Shown here in pieces: positions 59,021 to 64,000 of a stretch of 64,000 nucleotides of DNA. The translations under genes and the position numbers were made by a program. The stretch is from a virus (taxonomy: Duplodnaviria > Caudoviricetes). Within the stretch, counting starts at the first letter, position 1. Each line of letters begins with the position of its first letter. The DNA is taken from IMG/VR virus record IMGVR_UViG_3300020576_003089, positions 1-64,000 of that record, one strand, 5' to 3'. The notes beneath the pieces were generated by a model, which did no database searches, was not told the DNA's origin, and saw only the letters and a list, made by a program, of their open reading frames with translations.

Positions 59021-59866
59021 AGATGTAATATATGTTTGAGGACTATTTACTAAAGTACTATAAATTATACTTCCATTATCATCTATAATAGATGGATTAG
59101 TAGTATAATTAAATTCACTATTTTTTACTCTTGTAAAGAAATATCGAGATGATACAGTTTCTTGTGATTGTAATGTAAACCCAGCTCCTGCTTTTATAGC
59201 ATTAAATATTAACTTAGCATTATCCGTTAAAGTATTACTAGTTCTATTTGGCGTTAAAGTAATTACTGAATCTATTAAAGAACAATCTAATAATATTATA
59301 TCTAAATCAGGAAATAAATATCCAAATGATGTACCTGTTAAAGCACCTGTTTGAACTATGTTATAATATCTATTTTCTCCTATAAAGTTAGTAGTTGAAG
59401 TTACAGAACTATCATCTGTTAAAGCTAAACTAAAGGTAGATGTTAATTGTAATCTTAATGAACCAGGATATATGCTCTCTTTATATCTAGATCTTGAAAA
59501 ATTTATTACATAAAAATCTTCAGATGTTGTACCAGTTCCATTATTAAATACAAAATTTTGTGTTTCTGTACCAAATATTAAATTTCTATATTCACCATAT
59601 ATTACTCTAGAGGGTGAATTAGTTGTTGAAGCTACAGCATTAATTGCAGCAGAACCTGAACCACTAACATGAGCATATTGTAAGCTAAATTGAATTTCTG
59701 AACCTGTTAAAGCAGATCCAGTTTGGTAAACATTTACATTATATTCTGTATAAGTAGAAGATGTAAAAAATGTAGTTAATGGATTAACATTATTAGCCCA
59801 CATAGATGTTACTACTGCTTCTGAACTAACTACTGAATCTTCGGGTGTGTATCTTGAAAAACTCAT
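58910..59866 (-). CDS. Virion structural (baseplate-region) protein
   Basis: C-terminal VGLYNDNNELLAVAKLSRP domain. Confidence 0.6.
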   Translation of the reverse strand: MSFSRYTPEDSVVSSEAVVTSMWANNVNPLTTFFTSSTYTEYNVNVYQTGSALTGSEIQFSLQYAHVSGSGSAAINAVASTTNSPSRVIYGEYRNLIFGTETQNFVFNNGTGTTSEDFYVINFSRSRYKESIYPGSLRLQLTSTFSLALTDDSSVTSTTNFIGENRYYNIVQTGALTGTSFGYLFPDLDIILLDCSLIDSVITLTPNRTSNTLTDNAKLIFNAIKAGAGFTLQSQETVSSRYFFTRVKNSEFNYTTNPSIIDDNGSIIYSTLVNSPQTYITSVGLYNDNNELLAVAKLSRPLLKDFTKEQLIRTKLSF

Positions 59867-59874
59867 ATTTTTTA

Positions 59875-60534
59875 TTATATTTTTTGAATATTTAAAGGAA
59901 TGGTGATGCGGGCGCCGCTTGATCTACCTATAGCTGTAATAGTAGTTGTTAATAATGTACCAGGAGTTAATGAAGGAAACAATGTATCTATTGTAGTACC
60001 TGTCAATGTAAATGAAGTTCCTACTGCTGATAATGATAATACTGTTCCTGATGTTTGATTTAACCCATCTATAACAGGTAAATTATTTATTCCAGTTCCT
60101 GCAAATGTTGATAATAATCTACCATCAGCAGCTGTTAATATATAACCACTTGATTCATATGTACTTGTTGAACCTAAATAATTTAATGTTTGAGGTGTAA
60201 TAGTTAATGAAGCACCTTGTTTTAATATTATTGAAGTATAACCTAAACTAATTACAGGTAATTTACTTGTTCCACGAGGTAAAGTAACTAACTTATAACG
60301 CATTATTTGTGATTCATTAGGTATAGCTTCTAATATAGGTGTATTTTCTATAGCTTCACCATAATAAGCTGAACCACTTGGGTGTGTTGGATTATATAAT
60401 GTGTAATCTATTTCATCATCTGCTAATGCAAATTGGGTTATACGAAATGATCCATCATTACGAGCTAAAAGTTCACGACCTCTTTTTGTAAGAATAGCGT
60501 CTATACTAATAGTTTGATTATTTAAAATTGCCAT
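59875..60534 (-). CDS. Baseplate wedge/tail-collar-like protein
   Basis: AILTKRGRELLAR...ITQFALADDEIDY motif. Confidence 0.55.
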   Translation of the reverse strand: MAILNNQTISIDAILTKRGRELLARNDGSFRITQFALADDEIDYTLYNPTHPSGSAYYGEAIENTPILEAIPNESQIMRYKLVTLPRGTSKLPVISLGYTSIILKQGASLTITPQTLNYLGSTSTYESSGYILTAADGRLLSTFAGTGINNLPVIDGLNQTSGTVLSLSAVGTSFTLTGTTIDTLFPSLTPGTLLTTTITAIGRSSGARITIPLNIQKI

Positions 60535-60559
60535 GTTGTTTTATATTATTTAAATTAAT

Positions 60560-60793
60560 TTAAGAATAAAATATTGCTGCTCCAGCTGATATAGATGCAC
60601 TAGTTATAAGCAAATTAATATTTACACCTGAACCAAATGTTAAAGGACTAGTACTAGTAGCTAATACGGTACCATTACCATCTTTTAATCCAGTAAATGT
60701 AATAGCTTGGGCTACTATACATCCTAAAAACGAGCCTGTAACTGAACCAGAACCACTTATTGATGTTCCTCCTATTTTATTTATTAAAGCCAT
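60560..60793 (-). CDS. Small Gly/Ser/Thr-rich virion protein
   Basis: 77-aa ORF after an ATATTTAT motif. Confidence 0.5.
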   Translation of the reverse strand: MALINKIGGTSISGSGSVTGSFLGCIVAQAITFTGLKDGNGTVLATSTSPLTFGSGVNINLLITSASISAGAAIFYS

Positions 60794-60851
60794 TTTAATT
60801 GTTATTTATATTGATAAATATACGAAACTTAAATCTGTTTTCCAAGTTATA

Positions 60852-61136
60852 TTAAACTTTATATTTATTATATAATTCTAACATATTTTTATAAAACTTA
60901 TATAACTCACTTCCTTTTATATTTTTAATAACATAGGGTATACTAGTGTTGGATTTAGATATATTATTGTTAATTTGAGTAATATAATATAAATCTTTTA
61001 ATTTATTATACCCTATAGTACCCCTATAAAATCCTCTATTATTTATAATTGTTTCATATAATTTTAAAGCTTTATTAATATTATAAATAGGTTCATTTAT
61101 ATCCAATTCATTAATTAATTGTGTTAGTTTTATCAT
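60852..61136 (-). CDS. Leader-tagged hypothetical protein (MIKLTQLINELDINEP)
   Basis: Shared leader. Confidence 0.7.
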   Translation of the reverse strand: MIKLTQLINELDINEPIYNINKALKLYETIINNRGFYRGTIGYNKLKDLYYITQINNNISKSNTSIPYVIKNIKGSELYKFYKNMLELYNKYKV

Positions 61137-64000
61137 ATTAGATTTTGAGATTTAAGATTTTTAATAATATCACCTGATTTAACTTTTAATTTTTCATTAA
61201 CATATTGTGGATATACTATACCTTGATTTTCTGAATCTGAGAAATTAGTAGATTTTAATAATATAGATGTTTCATCTGGTACTATTTTTTGTACAGCATA
61301 ATATGGTATGTATTTTTTATCATCTGTATTATAAGGTAAACCTGTAGTAAAATTAGGTAAATCTTGATCAACAACTATAGTTAAATAATTATCACCTAAA
61401 AAAGGTGTAAAATATACATTTATTATATTATATTCTTTAAATATGTATGTTCTATCATGATATTGAGTATTTGCAGATAATCCAATAGCATAATCAATAG
61501 GATATACTAAAAATTTATCTCCTTTATCTATTGTAAAATTAGTATAATTAATATCAAATACATTTGTATTTAAATTAGTATTATATCTAAATGTTCCATA
61601 ATTATCTGATATAAGTTTAGGAAACACTACTATTCTATTAGAACCTGCTGCTTTCCAAGGTAATGAACCTGAATTTTGATAATAATTAGTAAACCCATTA
61701 GGAAATAACCATTCTTCACCGGTAGCATATCCAGTTGACATATATATAGAACCACCATGTTTACAATAATTTGTTTCATGTGTTCCTTGTAAACTAAAAC
61801 TAGAAGAATCAATATTTAAACCAAATATTGGATGAGGACTACCTCCTAATACAAAATCATATGATGCAACTGCATATGAAGATGGTCCAGGTGAACTAGC
61901 ACTTATTTGAATATTAGCTAATAATTCAGAATTACCATTTACTAATTTATGATATTTTGTAGTAGGATAAACTGAATGAGATACAAATACAAATAAATTT
62001 GATGTTACTACATAAGGTAGTAAATCATTAGTTATACTACTACCTGTAATAGAATGTAATACTCCATTTTGATATATAGTATATGAAGCAAGATATATTC
62101 CTGTTATACTAGCGGAAGTTATTAAATCATATGATGCACTAACTATAGTATCACTAGCATTTGGTAATTCAAAATTCTGATAACCTGAACTACCTAAATT
62201 ATACAATACTGTATCTATACCATATCCTCCTTTATATATTTCTATATTAGTATTACTAGGTTTAATTGAACCTGAACTATCAAAATAAGATATAGTAATA
62301 TTTTCTCCAGATTTAAAAATATTTTGTATATCAACAATATTATTATTTTGATTATTTAAATCTAAAACATTATTTTGTTCATTAATTAAATATTTTAATT
62401 TTAATTGAGAGACATTAGCTAATAATAATGAAGATTGTTTAATATTAGTAAAATATGAAACATTATTTTTAATAATATCTATTGTAGATGATTTACCAAA
62501 TGAAGTATCTCCATCTGTATATGTATTATATAAGGCACTAATTAATTTAGTTCCATTATATCTAGATCTATTTAAACCTGTATCATAATAATTCGAATCT
62601 TGTATTTCAGTTGGTACTAATATATTTTGAGATGAATATGGTTGTATTTCTATTTTTCTTCTAACATTAGATAATCTACTAGCTGATATATTATTTAATA
62701 ATACGTTATAATCAGAATGTTGGAATAAAGATAAATTTAAAGAACTTGATAAAGCGTAAGGATTAAAATTATTGGGGATAAAAAATTCACCATATAAATC
62801 TTTATTACTACCTGATATTTCACCATTATAATATGGTTCTTTAGTATTTTGTAAATAATAATAAAAATTATCATAATCACTATTTAATGAAGCTGTACTA
62901 TATGATGCTTCATACATAGTTTGATTATCAATGTTTGGAAGATTTCTTTTCCATTTTATTCTTTCTAAAGCTTGTTGTTTTATAATAATACCCTCACTTA
63001 AATTAGATTTAAATGGTAAATAATCTTTTACCATTTTAAATAAAGTATTATCAAAACATTGAGATAATTCTATAAATCCTCTTATATCATACTTAGTTGT
63101 AAAACTAGATGATATAGCTGATGCTCTTATTTGATCTAAAGAATAATATGAACTTGATATTTCATATCTAGGATCTCCCAAATAATCATCAATACTAAAA
63201 TTAGGATTAGAAGATGTAATTGAAGCTGAAATTATTAAATCTATAGGATATTGAGGTGAAAATGCTATATCTACTCTGCTATCATCATTTTTATAATTTT
63301 CATATACATCGTCTGCTAATTTAATTTTTGGGTGTAATATAGACCCATAACTAGCTGTATATACAGAATTATCAATAATTCTTATTTTATTTGAACTATA
63401 ATCTAATAATGATGCTTCAGTATTTGAATTACCTCCGTATTCTTTAATATTTAAAATACTACCTGTAATGCCAAAAGTTGTAATTAATTCTTGAATAGTT
63501 TTATATGAACCCTTCCCTTTAAATAATAGTGGAATATTATGATATATTCTTTTATACAACTCAGCAATTAATTGTTGAGATGATAAAACTCCATTATTAC
63601 CAATAATATAATTATATAAATCATCATCTTCCTTTGTATTATATAATTTAATACCTAGGTCTTGTAAAGCAAAAAATACTAAATCTTTTGAAATACCATT
63701 ATCAACATTATTATAACTTTTGTAATAATCAGTAATTGATTTTATATAAATCCAAATATTATCAAAATAATGACCTATCATATCAATAAAATTAATATAT
63801 GGTTCATTATTTTCATCTATTGCAATGTATTCAGGAATAGCATCTGATAATTTATTAGGATTATTATTATCATAATATATAGATGAATCAATACTACTTG
63901 AAAACCATGTTAATGTATTTATTGAACCTGTAGATTCTAAAACATATGGTGGATTTATATTAGATTTAGGCCATGTTGATGAACCTGAATTAAAATATAA
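61133..64000 (-). CDS. Large baseplate-wedge-like structural protein, 5' end outside window
   Basis: Frame is open from 63781 up to 64000 (translated by hand); KRIYHNIPLLFKGKGS...ILNIKEYGG motif. Confidence 0.6.
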   Translation of the reverse strand, partial: LYFNSGSSTWPKSNINPPYVLESTGSINTLTWFSSSIDSSIYYDNNNPNKLSDAIPEYIAIDENNEPYINFIDMIGHYFDNIWIYIKSITDYYKSYNNVDNGISKDLVFFALQDLGIKLYNTKEDDDLYNYIIGNNGVLSSQQLIAELYKRIYHNIPLLFKGKGSYKTIQELITTFGITGSILNIKEYGGNSNTEASLLDYSSNKIRIIDNSVYTASYGSILHPKIKLADDVYENYKNDDSRVDIAFSPQYPIDLIISASITSSNPNFSIDDYLGDPRYEISSSYYSLDQIRASAISSSFTTKYDIRGFIELSQCFDNTLFKMVKDYLPFKSNLSEGIIIKQQALERIKWKRNLPNIDNQTMYEASYSTASLNSDYDNFYYYLQNTKEPYYNGEISGSNKDLYGEFFIPNNFNPYALSSSLNLSLFQHSDYNVLLNNISASRLSNVRRKIEIQPYSSQNILVPTEIQDSNYYDTGLNRSRYNGTKLISALYNTYTDGDTSFGKSSTIDIIKNNVSYFTNIKQSSLLLANVSQLKLKYLINEQNNVLDLNNQNNNIVDIQNIFKSGENITISYFDSSGSIKPSNTNIEIYKGGYGIDTVLYNLGSSGYQNFELPNASDTIVSASYDLITSASITGIYLASYTIYQNGVLHSITGSSITNDLLPYVVTSNLFVFVSHSVYPTTKYHKLVNGNSELLANIQISASSPGPSSYAVASYDFVLGGSPHPIFGLNIDSSSFSLQGTHETNYCKHGGSIYMSTGYATGEEWLFPNGFTNYYQNSGSLPWKAAGSNRIVVFPKLISDNYGTFRYNTNLNTNVFDINYTNFTIDKGDKFLVYPIDYAIGLSANTQYHDRTYIFKEYNIINVYFTPFLGDNYLTIVVDQDLPNFTTGLPYNTDDKKYIPYYAVQKIVPDETSILLKSTNFSDSENQGIVYPQYVNEKLKVKSGDIIKNLKSQNLI

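Larger units (their letters stand above)
6008..60821 (-). promoter_or_regulatory. Recurrent ATATTTAT promoter-like motif, 18 sites upstream of gene starts
   Basis: Plus-strand ATAAATAT at 6008, 9010, 10033, 10696, 12828, 16300, 20525, 21224, 24106, 29274, 31189, 32798, 42192, 44072, 48761, 51429, 54720 and 60814. Confidence 0.65.

Noticed and set aside
3063-61136. Leader repeats as a CRISPR array, integron attC sites or a diversity-generating retroelement
   Set aside because: Repeats are in-frame coding, irregularly spaced and non-palindromic; no cas, integrase or reverse transcriptase gene and no template/variable repeat pair is seen in the window.
1-64000. Stop-codon reassignment (as in Lak and some crAss-like phages)
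   Set aside because: Core genes are intact in the standard code, and TAG/TGA terminate well-defined genes (e.g. tail tube TAG, PhoH-region neighbours, endonuclease TGA) with dense packing.
1-64000. tRNA/rRNA genes
   Set aside because: No cloverleaf-like or rRNA-like GC-rich segments seen; intergenic gaps are short and explained by terminators or promoters.

Overview
A 64-kb, very AT-rich segment of a large T4-like myovirus (jumbo-phage-type) genome. Essentially all real genes are on the minus strand and read in the standard code. It holds the virion morphogenesis module: baseplate, tape measure, tail chaperone, tube, sheath, fibre-like proteins, neck, PhoH, major capsid, scaffold, prohead protease, portal and large terminase. 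An accessory/DNA-metabolism region carries a P-loop kinase, a split FAD oxidoreductase, denV, exonucleases, primase and GIY-YIG homing endonucleases with relics. Promoter shape and one signal peptide point to a Bacteroidota host (inference). The standout signal is a modular leader-plus-cargo system. About 15 scattered genes start with MIKLxxLLNE-LEINNP, a second set carries RMQQLAGI (also the C-terminus of the scaffold), and one 900-aa polyprotein repeats the NELEINNP junction six times. I infer a capsid-targeting and prohead-protease-processing tag that loads a variable arsenal, including ADP-ribosyltransferase-like, HExxH and ParB-like domains, into the head. All family assignments are from motif recognition by eye; no database search was run.
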